Shown here: positions 20,272 to 32,761 of the stretch, in pieces | How positions within the stretch are numbered: position 1 is the first letter of the stretch | Layout: every line of letters begins with the position of its first letter | From: Dehalococcoidia bacterium | GTDB taxonomy: Bacteria; Chloroflexota; Dehalococcoidia; Lucifugimonadales; Australimonadaceae | DNA: 64,000 bases | Assembly: GCA_965220205.1 (NCBI GenBank) | Contig: OZ244812.1 | Span: 1,320,261-1,384,260, forward strand | Direction: 5' to 3' | Made by a program: the position numbers and the translations under genes | Notes under the pieces: model-generated | Told to the model about the DNA's origin: nothing | Database searches by the model: none | The model's input: only the letters and a program-made list of their open reading frames with translations

Positions 20272-22305
20272 TTAGCTCCGCACCCGCTTCGAGCGGTTCG
20301 TCATGTAGTCGACGAGCACGTACTGGCCAAGCTCGCCGGGGGTCGTGTAGAGGGCGCGTCCGCGGTTGATGCGCGTCAGGCGGTCAATGAAGTCGAGCAG
20401 GTAGTGGCTCGTCTCGAGCATGAACGTGTTGATCACGATGCCCTCGTTGGTGCAGCGACGCACTTCGAGGAGGGTCTCCTGGATGGTGCGATAGGTGGGC
20501 GGGTAGCTGAAGAACGGTCGCCCGCCCTCGATGTGGGCCGTCGGCTCCCCGTCGGTGATCATGAGAATCTGCTTCGTGCAGTCCCTGAACGGCGCGAGGA
20601 GCTTGCGGGAGGAGGCGAAGGCGTGCTGCATGTTCGTGCCCGAGCCGCCGCTCCACATGATGTACGGAAGGTCGTCGCTCTTGATCTCGGCGGCCATGCC
20701 GGCGAAACCGAGCACCCAGAAGTGGTCGCGGGGATAGCGGCTGCGAATGAGGGTGTCGAGCGCGATAGCGACCTTCTTGGCGGAGGCAAAGGAGCCGAAG
20801 AGGCCCATTGAGCGGCTCTGGTCGATGAGGAGGACGGTGGCGGCCTGCGTGGTGTGCTCGTTGCGCCTGACTTCGAAGTCCTCGACTTTGATGCGGACGG
20901 GGACGCCCCATCCTGACCGCTCGACGGCGTTCATCACGGTCTTGTGGAGATGGATATCGAGGGGGTCCCCGAACTCGTACTTCTTCGTGTCGTCGGTGTG
21001 CTCGCCGCCGGCGCCGCGGGCGTGCGTCTCGTGCTGGCCGGCGCGGCCTCGGCGGAGGTCTGAGAAGAGGTCGCGCAACGCCTTCTGGCCGATCTTGCGT
21101 ATGCCGGCGGGCGTGAGCTCGAGCTTGTCCCCGTTGCGCTTGAGGTAGCCGGCGTCCTCGAGGCGTTTGGCGAGATCGCGGAGGCGGTCGAGGTCCTCGC
21201 GCGCCTCGGCGCCCAACAGGCGCTCGACCTCGCCGGGGTCGATGTCATTGAGGTCGCCACGCCGCATGATTTGCTGCAGCTGGGCTTCGAGCTGGTCCAT
21301 CGATTGCATCTCGGCCATGACCTGCATCGCCTGGTCGAGGGTGACGTCCTCGCCGCCGAAGAAGGGGTACTGGTCGGCGTAGTCCTGCGTCGGCATCAGC
21401 TGACCGAGGTTCTGCGCCAGCTCGGCTAGCTCCGCGGCGGTGGCGTCGTCGATCGCGGCGTTCATGGCCTCGAAAAGCTCGCGGCGCTGCTCGGGCGACA
21501 TGCTGTTGAGGAGCGACTGCATCTGGCCCATCTGCTGGGCCAGCATCTCCATGAGCTCGTCGAAGCTCTGGGGCGGGTTGTCGCCGAACCTGTGGCCCCA
21601 CTTCCGCATGAAGCCGTCGAAGTCGGGAGTCTCGCCCTGCAGCTTGTCGCGGACCATGCGATTGAGGTCCCGCATCATCTCGCGGAGGGCCGCGATCTCT
21701 TCGGGGCCCATCTGCTCGATGCTCTGCTTCATGCCCGAGGCGACATTGCTCATCATCTGCTTGCGGAGCTCGGCCATGAGGTCCTGGAACTTGGCCTGCG
21801 CCTCGGGGTCCATGAAGTCGTAATCTTGGAGCTCGCGGATGGCCCCGCCCAGGCTCGGCGGGAGGCGGTCGAGCTTCTCGCGGTTGCGGTCAGCGCGCTG
21901 CTGGAGCATGTCCATGAGCTCGCGGTGCTGCTCCGACGCGGCCTCGTCCATACGGTCGAGCTGCTCGCGGGCCTCGTCGAGTCGGCGGCCGATGCCGGCG
22001 CGCTCTGTGTCGAGGACGTCGTCGAGGCGCTCCTGGAGCTCTTTGACGACCGAGTCGATGTTGTAGTCCTGGAGCATCTGCTGACGGCGCCGGCCGAGCC
22101 GGTCCATCAGGTCCCGAAGCCCCGGAATGGATGAGCCGTTGTCGTCGGGCATGCCGCGCTGCATCAGGTCGCGCAGCGCCCTTCGGACGTCGCCGTGGCG
22201 CAGGACATCGTCGGTCATCTCTTCGAGGAGGGCGTCGGCGTTCGGCTCAAATGGTTGTTGGGAGCCGTCCCACTCGGAGTAGCGGTTGCGCGAGGTGAAC
22301 TGCAT
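20272..22305 (-). CDS. VWA domain-containing protein (MoxR/chelatase-partner type)
   Basis: RYSEWDGSQ N-terminus, helical middle, MIDAS DQSRSM, GTNMQH and ITDGEPT. Confidence 0.9.
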   Translation of the reverse strand: MQFTSRNRYSEWDGSQQPFEPNADALLEEMTDDVLRHGDVRRALRDLMQRGMPDDNGSSIPGLRDLMDRLGRRRQQMLQDYNIDSVVKELQERLDDVLDTERAGIGRRLDEAREQLDRMDEAASEQHRELMDMLQQRADRNREKLDRLPPSLGGAIRELQDYDFMDPEAQAKFQDLMAELRKQMMSNVASGMKQSIEQMGPEEIAALREMMRDLNRMVRDKLQGETPDFDGFMRKWGHRFGDNPPQSFDELMEMLAQQMGQMQSLLNSMSPEQRRELFEAMNAAIDDATAAELAELAQNLGQLMPTQDYADQYPFFGGEDVTLDQAMQVMAEMQSMDQLEAQLQQIMRRGDLNDIDPGEVERLLGAEAREDLDRLRDLAKRLEDAGYLKRNGDKLELTPAGIRKIGQKALRDLFSDLRRGRAGQHETHARGAGGEHTDDTKKYEFGDPLDIHLHKTVMNAVERSGWGVPVRIKVEDFEVRRNEHTTQAATVLLIDQSRSMGLFGSFASAKKVAIALDTLIRSRYPRDHFWVLGFAGMAAEIKSDDLPYIMWSGGSGTNMQHAFASSRKLLAPFRDCTKQILMITDGEPTAHIEGGRPFFSYPPTYRTIQETLLEVRRCTNEGIVINTFMLETSHYLLDFIDRLTRINRGRALYTTPGELGQYVLVDYMTNRSKRVRS

Positions 22306-22366
22306 GTCCGGCATCATACACCGGGGTGGCGCGCGCCGGACCGGAGGACGAGTCTCGGCGAGGACT

Positions 22367-22618
22367 TCAACCGGTTGCGCCGGCGTCGGCGAAGGCCTGC
22401 TCGGTGGCGATGAGGTCGCTAATCTGATCGACGATGCCCTCGAAGTGGGCGTTGGCGTCGGCCAGGTTGCGCTTCGCTGCGCGGAGCCCCGACATCTCGT
22501 GGGCCTCAACGCCGACGACGATGATCTTGGCGAGCTCGTTGTGCCGGGCTTGCAGCACCCGGGCGGACTCCGCGAGCACGCTCAGCTTGGCCTCGTAGGT
22601 GGAACTCAGTTTCTTCAT
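22367..22618 (-). CDS. Small coiled-coil hypothetical protein
   Basis: 83-aa helical ORF with plausible codon usage, upstream of the VWA gene. Confidence 0.5.
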   Translation of the reverse strand: MKKLSSTYEAKLSVLAESARVLQARHNELAKIIVVGVEAHEMSGLRAAKRNLADANAHFEGIVDQISDLIATEQAFADAGATG

Positions 22619-22762
22619 TTGCGCAGTATACGCGCACGGACGCCCCTAGGCCCGGCGGATCGGCGACGGCAAGGGCCCCTCGTCGCCCTGCCCGGCCCAG
22701 ACGGGAACGCGAGAGCGAGGGAGATGTCCTGGGAGTCCCCGCTTGCCCGCTGCGCGTAGTAT

Positions 22763-24436
22763 GTGCGACGCATGCTCGCGAAAGGCGCGCCCTTGAGACT
22801 ACGTTCCGCCGCCGCGCTGACCCACCCCGTCACCCTCGCGGCGCTCGCGGCGCTGCTGGTCAACGACATCCTCTTCAAAGCGGCGTGGCCCGACGCTTGG
22901 GTCACCGGCAAGCTGAGCGACCTCGCATGGATTACGTTCGCCCCGCCGCTGCTGGCGTTCGCGCTGTCTCCGGCGGCGAGGGGCGCGTTCGGCGAGCGGG
23001 CCGTGTTCGCCGCCGCGTACATTGGGCTGCCGTTGCTCTACGCGGCGTTCAACACGTTCGCGGCAGTCCACGACCCGATAGTCGAAGCGTTGTCCTGGGC
23101 AGGCGGCGGCGGGGGGCCGGTCTCGCCGCTGGATCCGACGGACTCGCTGGTTGTCCCGTTGGGGCTGGGCGCCGCCGTATGGGTGTGGCGGCGGAGCGCG
23201 ATCAACATCGAGCGCCTGCGCACGCGCCTCGCGCTCTTGGCGGCAGGCGTAGCGGCCCTCGCGACCGTGGCGACGACCGAGGAACCCCTAACAAAGGGCA
23301 TCACGGGGTTAGGCGCCGCGGGCGACGGTTCCATAGTTGCCTGTGGCGCTAGGCAACAGTGCTCAACGAGCTACAATGGCGGTTTCACGTGGAAGGACTC
23401 GCGGGGCGCTGGGCCCGTTCAGGAAGAGCAGAGCGTCGCTACTCCCAGAGGCACGTATTCGATCGAGGGTGTGGACATCACTCGAACGGTAGGCGGTGAG
23501 CGTGAGACGGCCTACTCCGCTGCGTACCTTTGGGAGAAGTCCAACATCCGGGCGCAGTGGCTCGCCACGGCGCACCTCACGCGAGATGAGATTACGACGG
23601 GGCCGTACGCCATCGTCTACGACGACTCCAGCGGCAACGTCGTAGTGGCGATGGGGCTGCAAGGCGTCGTGGTCGGCACTCCAAACGGAGAGTGGGCGCA
23701 GGTTGGAGTGGGACCCTACGTTCCGACTGACTTCTCTGTGTCCGGCAAGCTGCGGGACTGGGACCTTTGGATCCTAGGCCTGGCCATGGCGCTAACGTCA
23801 GCCGCCGCCGCCATCGTCTTATCGTCTAACGTCCGGCGGGTCGACCTCCTGTGCGCGTTCTTCGGCCCGCCGATTGCTATCGTGCCGGTATTCCTTGTGC
23901 TCGTCAGCCCGTGGCAGCCATTCGCCATCGGAGCAGCATGGGTTATCTCCTCCACCGCTTGGATATGCCGCTGGGCCAATCATCGGACGGGCGGCAGCGT
24001 GTTCTTCATAGGCCTTGCCGGCACGCTTACCTATCTAGGATGGGTCGAGACCACCGAAATGGATTCCGCCTTTACCATCCCGCTGCGCTCAGAACTGGCA
24101 GCCGGGCTAACTGCTGTCCCCTTTGCGGGCACTGCCCTCGCGATCCACCTTGAAGCGCGACATATACCGGCTTCCCTCGTCGCGCTCATCGGGATGCTCG
24201 CGTTGTCCGCGTTATCGGTCATCCTGTGGACGGCGAACGCGATCGGGCTGGAGACCATGTTCCTTTCCGCGGTAAGCCTCACGGTCGTCGTCGCATGCCT
24301 CCTGCGAAGGCGTATCCGGCGGAGCGAGGAGGCTCGCGGGGGGCCGGAGGCGTCCTCCCCTAAGGGCGTCGTCGGCACTCACGCAGTAGGCTTAAGGCCC
24401 GGTCCAAATCTCGTGAAGTCACTGCTTTCGCGCTAG
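22763..24436 (+). CDS. Multi-pass membrane protein with extracytoplasmic beta domain
   Basis: LLVNDILFKAAWP..VTGKLSD N-terminal TM module, a soluble middle and ~6 C-terminal TMs. Confidence 0.75.
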   Translation: MRRMLAKGAPLRLRSAAALTHPVTLAALAALLVNDILFKAAWPDAWVTGKLSDLAWITFAPPLLAFALSPAARGAFGERAVFAAAYIGLPLLYAAFNTFAAVHDPIVEALSWAGGGGGPVSPLDPTDSLVVPLGLGAAVWVWRRSAINIERLRTRLALLAAGVAALATVATTEEPLTKGITGLGAAGDGSIVACGARQQCSTSYNGGFTWKDSRGAGPVQEEQSVATPRGTYSIEGVDITRTVGGERETAYSAAYLWEKSNIRAQWLATAHLTRDEITTGPYAIVYDDSSGNVVVAMGLQGVVVGTPNGEWAQVGVGPYVPTDFSVSGKLRDWDLWILGLAMALTSAAAAIVLSSNVRRVDLLCAFFGPPIAIVPVFLVLVSPWQPFAIGAAWVISSTAWICRWANHRTGGSVFFIGLAGTLTYLGWVETTEMDSAFTIPLRSELAAGLTAVPFAGTALAIHLEARHIPASLVALIGMLALSALSVILWTANAIGLETMFLSAVSLTVVVACLLRRRIRRSEEARGGPEASSPKGVVGTHAVGLRPGPNLVKSLLSR

Positions 24437-25066
24437 CACCAGCGGATGGTCCTCGCCGATCTTATGGGTCGCATCCTCGCAGCCGCAACCCGTTGACTTT
24501 GTCTCGAGCAGAACGAATCCCACTCCGGTCAGGATATGTATGTACTCCACGAGCCCGAAGTTGCTCCAATACATCGTCACCCCATGGAAGTCTTCTTCGG
24601 TGTAGCCTTCCTCGCTGCCATGACTCAGGGTGCATAGCAGGTAGCCGCCTGGCCTGAGCCACCGGTGGATCCTCCGGAACAGGCTCGGGTGCTCCTCTCT
24701 GGGAAGGTGGAATATGGAGTAGAACGCTACTACCGCGTCGAAGCTGGATGGAGGGAAGCGGACCGACATGACGTCAGCGCATATGAAGTCTCCGGTTGGA
24801 ACATTCTGCTGCGCCCGATGGACCATCTCCTGTGAGACGTCCACTCCTGTGACACGGCAGCGTGCGGCCAGCGACTTGGCGATTGGGGTCCCAGCGCCGC
24901 AGCCGATGTCAAGCACTGCGCCGCCGTCGTCCAGACGGTCTGACAGTCCACGTATCTCAAACCCTGACTCAGTCTTTCGAGACTCGTCGTACGCCGCCGC
25001 GCACGCGTTATACCCTCGTTTCACCAATGCCTTGTAGTCGACCTTCGGATCGATCGCGGGAATCAT
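24419..25066 (-). CDS. Class I SAM-dependent methyltransferase
   Basis: VLDIGCGAG, GVDVS, FDAVV and WLRPGG. Confidence 0.92.
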   Translation of the reverse strand: MIPAIDPKVDYKALVKRGYNACAAAYDESRKTESGFEIRGLSDRLDDGGAVLDIGCGAGTPIAKSLAARCRVTGVDVSQEMVHRAQQNVPTGDFICADVMSVRFPPSSFDAVVAFYSIFHLPREEHPSLFRRIHRWLRPGGYLLCTLSHGSEEGYTEEDFHGVTMYWSNFGLVEYIHILTGVGFVLLETKSTGCGCEDATHKIGEDHPLVLARKQ

Positions 25067-25838
25067 GACGCCTTGTCTTTCTTCGCCGGCAGCAGGACGG
25101 CATCTTGCGCAGTATCTGATGACGCTCTCTCACAGCCCCGTTAGGACCGGGAAAGCGACAGGTGTGACACGCGAGGGCCAACCAGCTACTAGTCGCAATC
25201 GTATCACCGCCAACTCAAAGGTTCGGTGTGTAGCAGAATCGCGCGGGCTAGTGGGACTGTAGATAGTAGCTCCTTGGTAAGGGGGGGAACGTCGATACCG
25301 CCCCACGCGGACGGACCACCCGCTACGCCCTTGGCCTGGGCCTGGGCGCCTCATCCGGCGGCTTGGCAGCCCCTCATGCGTTCGCCGCCCGCCTCCCCTG
25401 GATTCCGGCTCGTGCGCCGGCATGACGGCAGGGGCGTCGGTTTGGCGGTCTAGGTCTGGGGCGCCACGCGCTCACAAGAGCAACCCGCGTCGCGACATCT
25501 GCCCCTCCCCCCAATGCCCCCATCCCCCCTACTATGGCTGTCTGGGGCCTGTCGAAGGGCCCCTAGACCTCCGGGCGCCTGCCGGCCTCCGCCCCCTCCC
25601 CAGAGGAGAAATGGCGCCAAATGTCACCAAGTGTCACCCTTTGGAAGGACTATCTGGCGCCCGCCGCTCCTAGACCCATGCCATCTAGGAGCGAGAGCTC
25701 CGCGCCATTCCGGTCCATTCCCGCCTCTTTCCGTTCATTTCCTGCGTTCGAGCGCATCGGAACGGTGGCGGGAGACGCGCGCGGACGGCGCCGGGACGGT
25801 TGTGTAGAATGCGGCGCGGACCTCGCGGAGGAGCATTC

Positions 25839-26762
25839 ATGGCCATCGCAGACCGCTCGCGCATCGGCATCGCTTCGCCGCACATCTTCCCGGACGGGCG
25901 GGTGGACACGGCGCTCGTGCGGCGGTTCGTAAGGCGGGCCGAGGAGGCCGGCTACGCCAGCCTCTGGACGCAGGAACGCGTGACCGGCAGGCCGACCGCG
26001 TTGCATCCCCTCCCGTTCCTCGCCTACATCGCGGGTCAGACGGAGCGGGCCCGCATCGGAGTGTCCGTGCTGGTGCTGCCCCGGCATAGTCCGGTCCATC
26101 TGGCGAAACAGGTGGCGGACATCGATCAGCTGAGCGGAGGCCGGCTGATCGTCGGCCTTGGGCTCGGAGCGGGGGCGAACGACCTGCCGCAGTGCGGGAT
26201 CCCCGCGGAGCGGCGTGTTCGGCGGTTCATGGAGCAGGTGCAGGCGATGCAGGCGCTATGGACGCAGTCGCCAGCCAGCTTCTCCGGCGAGCTGATCTCG
26301 TTCGAGGGCGTCAACATCGACCCGAAGCCGATGCAGCGTCCGCATCCGCCGCTGTGGTTCGGGGCGAACGCGGAGGCGGCGGTGCGCCGGGCGGTGCGCT
26401 ACGCGGACGGCTGGACCGGGTCGGGCAGCGGCTTGCGGGACCAGTTCGCGGACCGCCTCGAACTGGTGAAGGGGCTGCTGGCCGAGCAAGGGCGGGCGCC
26501 GTCGCCGTTCCCAATCTCGAAGCGGGTGTACCTCGCGGTCGACGAGGATGAGGAGCGTGCGGGAAGGCGTTTGCGGGAGTGGTTCGGGTGGTACTACGGG
26601 AACGCGGACATGGCGGACCGGGCTGCGGTGTGGGGCAGCAGGTCCCGGGTGACGGAGCAGCTGGCTGCCTGGTCGGAGGCGGGCGTCTCGGAGTTCATCC
26701 TCAACCCGGTGTTCGACATGGAGGAGCACCTGGAGACGCTCGCCGAGATGACGGGGCTCTGA
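25839..26762 (+). CDS. LLM-class (F420-dependent) oxidoreductase
   Basis: LAKQVADIDQLSGGRLIVGLGLG, PKPMQRPHPPLWFG and RRAVRYADGW. Confidence 0.92.
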   Translation: MAIADRSRIGIASPHIFPDGRVDTALVRRFVRRAEEAGYASLWTQERVTGRPTALHPLPFLAYIAGQTERARIGVSVLVLPRHSPVHLAKQVADIDQLSGGRLIVGLGLGAGANDLPQCGIPAERRVRRFMEQVQAMQALWTQSPASFSGELISFEGVNIDPKPMQRPHPPLWFGANAEAAVRRAVRYADGWTGSGSGLRDQFADRLELVKGLLAEQGRAPSPFPISKRVYLAVDEDEERAGRRLREWFGWYYGNADMADRAAVWGSRSRVTEQLAAWSEAGVSEFILNPVFDMEEHLETLAEMTGL

Positions 26763-26774
26763 GAGGGAACGCGG

Positions 26775-27428
26775 ATGCCTCCAACAATTGCAATCGTCGG
26801 GGGTTCGGGGCCGGAGGGACGCGGTTTGGCGCTCCGGTTCGCGATGGCTGGCTACCCGATCGTGATCGGCTCGCGGGAGGCGTCGCGCGGGGCAGACGCG
26901 GCGAAGGGGCTGCTCGATATCAAGGGGGGACTGCCGATCAGGGGCGGGACCAACGCGGAGGCGGCAGACTATGCCGATTGGGTGCTGCTGAGCGTGCCGT
27001 ACGAGGGACTGCGGTCGATCGTGGAGGAGCTGGCGCCCTGGCTCGCGGGCAAGCACGTGACGAGCGTCGTGGCGCCGATGGCGTTCGAGGGCGGTCAAGC
27101 GCGGGCGGTCGAGGCGCCGGAGGGCTCCGCGGCGGAGCTCGTGGCGGGACTGCTGCCGGCGAGCCGCGTGACGTCGGCGTTCCAGAGCCTATCGGCGCGT
27201 GAATTGCTGAAGCCGGACGCAGAGCTCGAGGGCGATGTGGCGGTGTGCGGGGACGACGAGGGCGCGCGGCGCGAGACGGCGGAGCTTGCGGGGTCGATTC
27301 GGAGCTTGCGCGGCGTCGAGGTGGGGAGCCTGGCGAACTCGCGCTACGTCGAGAACCTCACGGCCCTCCTGGTGAACGTGAACCGGCTGCACAAGACGCA
27401 TAGCACCATCCGTTTCGTGGGGGTGTAA
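26775..27428 (+). CDS. npdG: NADPH-dependent F420 reductase
   Basis: IAIVGGSGPEGRGLALR, IGSR, VPY, GSAAE and VENLTALL. Confidence 0.92.
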   Translation: MPPTIAIVGGSGPEGRGLALRFAMAGYPIVIGSREASRGADAAKGLLDIKGGLPIRGGTNAEAADYADWVLLSVPYEGLRSIVEELAPWLAGKHVTSVVAPMAFEGGQARAVEAPEGSAAELVAGLLPASRVTSAFQSLSARELLKPDAELEGDVAVCGDDEGARRETAELAGSIRSLRGVEVGSLANSRYVENLTALLVNVNRLHKTHSTIRFVGV

Positions 27429-27702
27429 AGACCGGCGGCGGAAGTCCGGGGACGTGTAGTTGAGGAATGCGGCGACGGATGTCCTGGACATCGCTTGTAC
27501 TCTTCACTACGCATTCCTGGTATGCTTGACCTGTACGCTTGAAGGAGGCTGAGTCGCGGACGCTGGCGCAGGCGGACGCGGCGACGCCAGACCACCCAGG
27601 CCAGATGTTCCCGTCGAACATCGGCGGGCGAAACCGATAAACAGGTAGATCGCCACGCTACGATGCGTCCTAGAGGCGCAGCCTAGGACGGGGAGGCAGG
27701 GA

Positions 27703-28110
27703 ATGGCGGAGCGCTACCGACGGGAAATCGAGGAGATACTCGAGAGCGTCAATGAGAGTCCGCCCGCTGAGACAGGGGCGAAGCGGGGCACAGCCCGCCG
27801 CCAGCGCAGCGCGGACACGCCTCCCATGCCGGGTCGGCAACGGGGGGCCGGATTCGATTACACGCCTGGCCGCGTCGCGTTCACGGGCATCGCGCTGTTG
27901 GCGCTCGCGCTCGTGTTGACCTTGTTCGGCGTGGGCTTCACGGCCCCGCTCGTATGGATAGGCATCGGGCTGCTCATCCTGGCGTACGTGCTGTTCTTCA
28001 CGAAGCCGCGCCGGACGATGGAGCGCCGCTGGCGTGGTCAGAGCATCGAGGACCCGCCTCAGCCGGGCCCGTTACAGCGCCTTCGGCGCTGGCTGACCCG
28101 CGGGAAGTAG
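27703..28110 (+). CDS. Two-TM membrane protein of unknown function
   Basis: RBS GGAGG; RYRREIEEIL N-terminus, two TMs, RRWRGQ tail. Confidence 0.8.
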   Translation: MAERYRREIEEILESVNESPPAETGAKRGTARRQRSADTPPMPGRQRGAGFDYTPGRVAFTGIALLALALVLTLFGVGFTAPLVWIGIGLLILAYVLFFTKPRRTMERRWRGQSIEDPPQPGPLQRLRRWLTRGK

Positions 28111-28232
28111 CCCCGCGCCGACGATCGTAGACCATTACGCCAGCCCGCCTCCAGCGCGGGCCTATAGGCGACTGCCCGGATGTGCGGCGCGGGGAGTCGT
28201 CGCCGCGTTGGGGCATAGCCGCGCTTGGAGTC

Positions 28233-29402
28233 ATGATGAAGAGCTATCTCGCGCATCTCGAGTGTACGGTCACGGGTCGTTCGTTCTCCGCGGTTGAGCC
28301 CCAGACACTGTCGCCAGCTTCACAGAAGGTGTTGCTCCCGCGATATGACCTGGAGGCGGCGGGCCGCGCCATGGACCGCAGCGCGATCGCGCGCCGCCCA
28401 CCGGGCATCTGGCGGTACTTCGAAGTGATGCCGGTGCTGGACGAGTCGAACGTTGTCACGTTGGGCGAGGGCGGCACGCCGATGCTCCGCGCTCCGCGGC
28501 TCGAGGCGCACACGGGCGCCCGGCGTCTGATGATCAAGGACGAGGGTCAGAACCCGACAGGGACGTTCAAGGCGCGCGGTCTCTCCTCGGCGGTGTCCAA
28601 GGCGAAGGAGCTCGGGCTGAGCAAGCTGACGGTCCCGTCGGCCGGGAACGCAGCGGGCGCACTGGCGGCCTATTGCGCGCGGGCTGGGATGGAATGCCAC
28701 GTGTTCATGCCCAGCGACGCGCCCGAGGCCGCCAAGAAGGAGACGGAGATCGCCGGGGCCAACTTAACGTTGGTGGATGGGCTAATCTCGGACGCGGCGG
28801 TGCTCTCTCGCCAACGGGCGGCGGAGCTCGGCCTGTTCGACGTGTCGACGATGCGCGAGCCGTACCGCGTGGAGGGGAAGAAGACGTTGGGCTACGAGAT
28901 CGCACAGGACCTCGACTGGCGGCTGCCTGAGGCCATCGTGTACCCCACGGGCGGCGGCACGGGGCTGGTGGGGATGTGGAAGGCGTTCGGTGAGATGGAA
29001 GCGATGGGGTGGATCGGGCCGGAGCGTCCTCGCATGATCTCCGTGCAAGCGGAAGGGTGCGCCCCGATCGTACGTGCGTTCGAGCAGGGGGAGCGGTTCG
29101 CGGCGCCGTGGGAGAACGCCCACACCATCGCGGCTGGGCTTCGCGTGCCGGCGGCAATCGGGGACTACCTGATTCTCGATGCGATCCGTGAGAGCGGCGG
29201 GACAGCGGTGGCAGTGAGCGACGCGGAGATTCTGGATGCCATGCGGACCATCGCGTCGCTGGAGGGCATCTGGCCGGCGCCGGAAGGCGCGGCGACGCTC
29301 GCGGGGTACCTCCGGCTGCGCGCGGAGGGACGGCTCGCCGCCGAAACGGAGACGGTGCTCATGGTCACGGGGAGTGGGCTGAAGTATCTGGAGTTGGTGT
29401 AA
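28233..29402 (+). CDS. thrC: Threonine synthase
   Basis: TLGEGGTP, KDEGQNPTGTFKARG (PLP lysine), SAGNA, PYRVEGKKT, PTGGGTG and TGSGLKY. Confidence 0.9.
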   Translation: MMKSYLAHLECTVTGRSFSAVEPQTLSPASQKVLLPRYDLEAAGRAMDRSAIARRPPGIWRYFEVMPVLDESNVVTLGEGGTPMLRAPRLEAHTGARRLMIKDEGQNPTGTFKARGLSSAVSKAKELGLSKLTVPSAGNAAGALAAYCARAGMECHVFMPSDAPEAAKKETEIAGANLTLVDGLISDAAVLSRQRAAELGLFDVSTMREPYRVEGKKTLGYEIAQDLDWRLPEAIVYPTGGGTGLVGMWKAFGEMEAMGWIGPERPRMISVQAEGCAPIVRAFEQGERFAAPWENAHTIAAGLRVPAAIGDYLILDAIRESGGTAVAVSDAEILDAMRTIASLEGIWPAPEGAATLAGYLRLRAEGRLAAETETVLMVTGSGLKYLELV

Positions 29403-29571
29403 GCCGGCCGGGCAACGGCCAGGGTGAGCGCGGACGCTCGGCGTTGCGCGCCACAGTTGCGTCCGCCCGTGCCTGGAGTTTCAGCGGCGCGCGGTGAGCG
29501 GCTAGCCGGGACAATGGACTCGCTGCTTTGGGGGGGGGGACGCCGACGCCTGTTGGCCGGCGGAGGTTGGG

Positions 29572-29844
29572 CTAGAAGCGGGGGCGTGACTCCCGAGGCC
29601 TGGCCTGGTTGACGACGAGGGCGCGGCCGCTGACGGAGTAGCCATTGAACATGGAGATGGCCTGCTCCATGGAGCCGGCGTCTTCCATCTCGACGAAGCC
29701 GAAGCCGCGCGGGCGGCCGGTCTCACGGTCGGTAGGGATATGCACCGATGTGACCGCTCCGGCCTGCGCGAAGAGGTCGTAAAGCTCGTCTCGGGTCATC
29801 CGGAACGGCAGGTTGCCGACGAACATCCGGTTTCCGCTGTCCAT
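29572..29844 (-). CDS. RRM RNA-binding protein
   Basis: RNP2 MFVGNL and RNP1 RGFGFVEM; ends VNQARPR. Confidence 0.95.
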   Translation of the reverse strand: MDSGNRMFVGNLPFRMTRDELYDLFAQAGAVTSVHIPTDRETGRPRGFGFVEMEDAGSMEQAISMFNGYSVSGRALVVNQARPRESRPRF

Positions 29845-30073
29845 GGTCACGATAGAACCTCCATCCGTCCCTCGGGTCCGTAGCGAACTTCCCATAGCGT
29901 GTCGCCTGCGCTATCTCCGTCCGCACCTGGGGCGAGACCACATGGAAGGGACCGGATGGCGCCAACTGGCGCCAGATTCTAGCGACCGCCTAGAACACTT
30001 GCAAGTACGCGAACAGCGCCGGCGCATGACGAGCGGCGCCAGAGCCGCCGGACCGGTCTTGGGGACTGGATGG

Positions 30074-30678
30074 TCAGCCGGCATACGTGCCGTCGACGAT
30101 GGCGAGCACCTCGTCGAGTCGTGCGATGGTGAAGTTGCCGGTGATGCCCCCGATGCCCGCAAAGGGGGCCGCGGCGGCGGCCGCGGCTTGGCGGTCAGCG
30201 GCGCTGCCGCCCACGACGAGGGCGTCCCACGGCTCGACGCCCAAGACGGCGCACGCCCGGAAGATCATGTCGGGCGCCGGCTTGGGCCTCTCGACGTCAG
30301 TGCAGCCCACGAGGGCGTGGGGCAGTATCTGGAAGGTTTCGAGAACCATGCGCGCGGTCGATGATGCGGCGTTGGTGATGACGGCGCTGAGCAGGCCCCG
30401 CTTGTCGAGTTCGTCGATGATCTCGGACGCTCCGGGAACCGCCCGGACGGCGCCGACGTGGTCCGCGAAGCGCTCCTCGTAGAAGGCTTCGACGCGGGCT
30501 GCGGACGCGCTCGGGAAGAAGCGCTCGACATCGCCGGCTGTTGTCCCGAAGGAGGCCCGGAACTGCTCGGCCGAGATGGCCGGGTGTCCAAAGTGGCGCG
30601 CCGCATCGTTCTTGAGCGCGAGCCAGGCGTCGAAGCTATCGACGAGCACGCCGTCGAGGTCGAACAGGACGGCAACGG

Positions 30679-30682
<4 letters not shown>
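30074..30682 (-). CDS. HAD-family hydrolase
   Basis: FDLDGVLVDS, TN and KPAPD; motif IV reads VGGS instead of VGDS. Confidence 0.88.
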
Positions 30683-32520
<1,838 letters not shown>

Positions 32521-32761
32521 GGGTGTTGAGAGTTGCTCAGCTCCGGCGCGGCGCCCGCGGCCTATACGTCTTCCGACCGCGTGCGCACTCGTCGCGTTCT
32601 CTGTGGTGAGAGGTCGGCGGGAGAGGCGAAGGACCCGCTCGCCCTCGGCGGGCTCCAAGGAGCTCTGCTCCGCCAGGCATGACGGATGGTCGTACTAGCA
32701 GCCATTGTAACAAGGTTGCCGCGCGCTGCGAGGCGGCGGCAGGCAGGTGGGGTCCCGGGCG

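Noticed and set aside
25600-25745. Short ~10-bp periodic repeats (TGTCACC x2, CCATTCC x2) as CRISPR or iterons
   Set aside because: Too few and too short, with no spacers or cas genes. No CRISPR array is seen anywhere in the window.
29530-29539. G10 homopolymer as a phase-variation tract
   Set aside because: It lies between convergent gene ends, outside any promoter or CDS.
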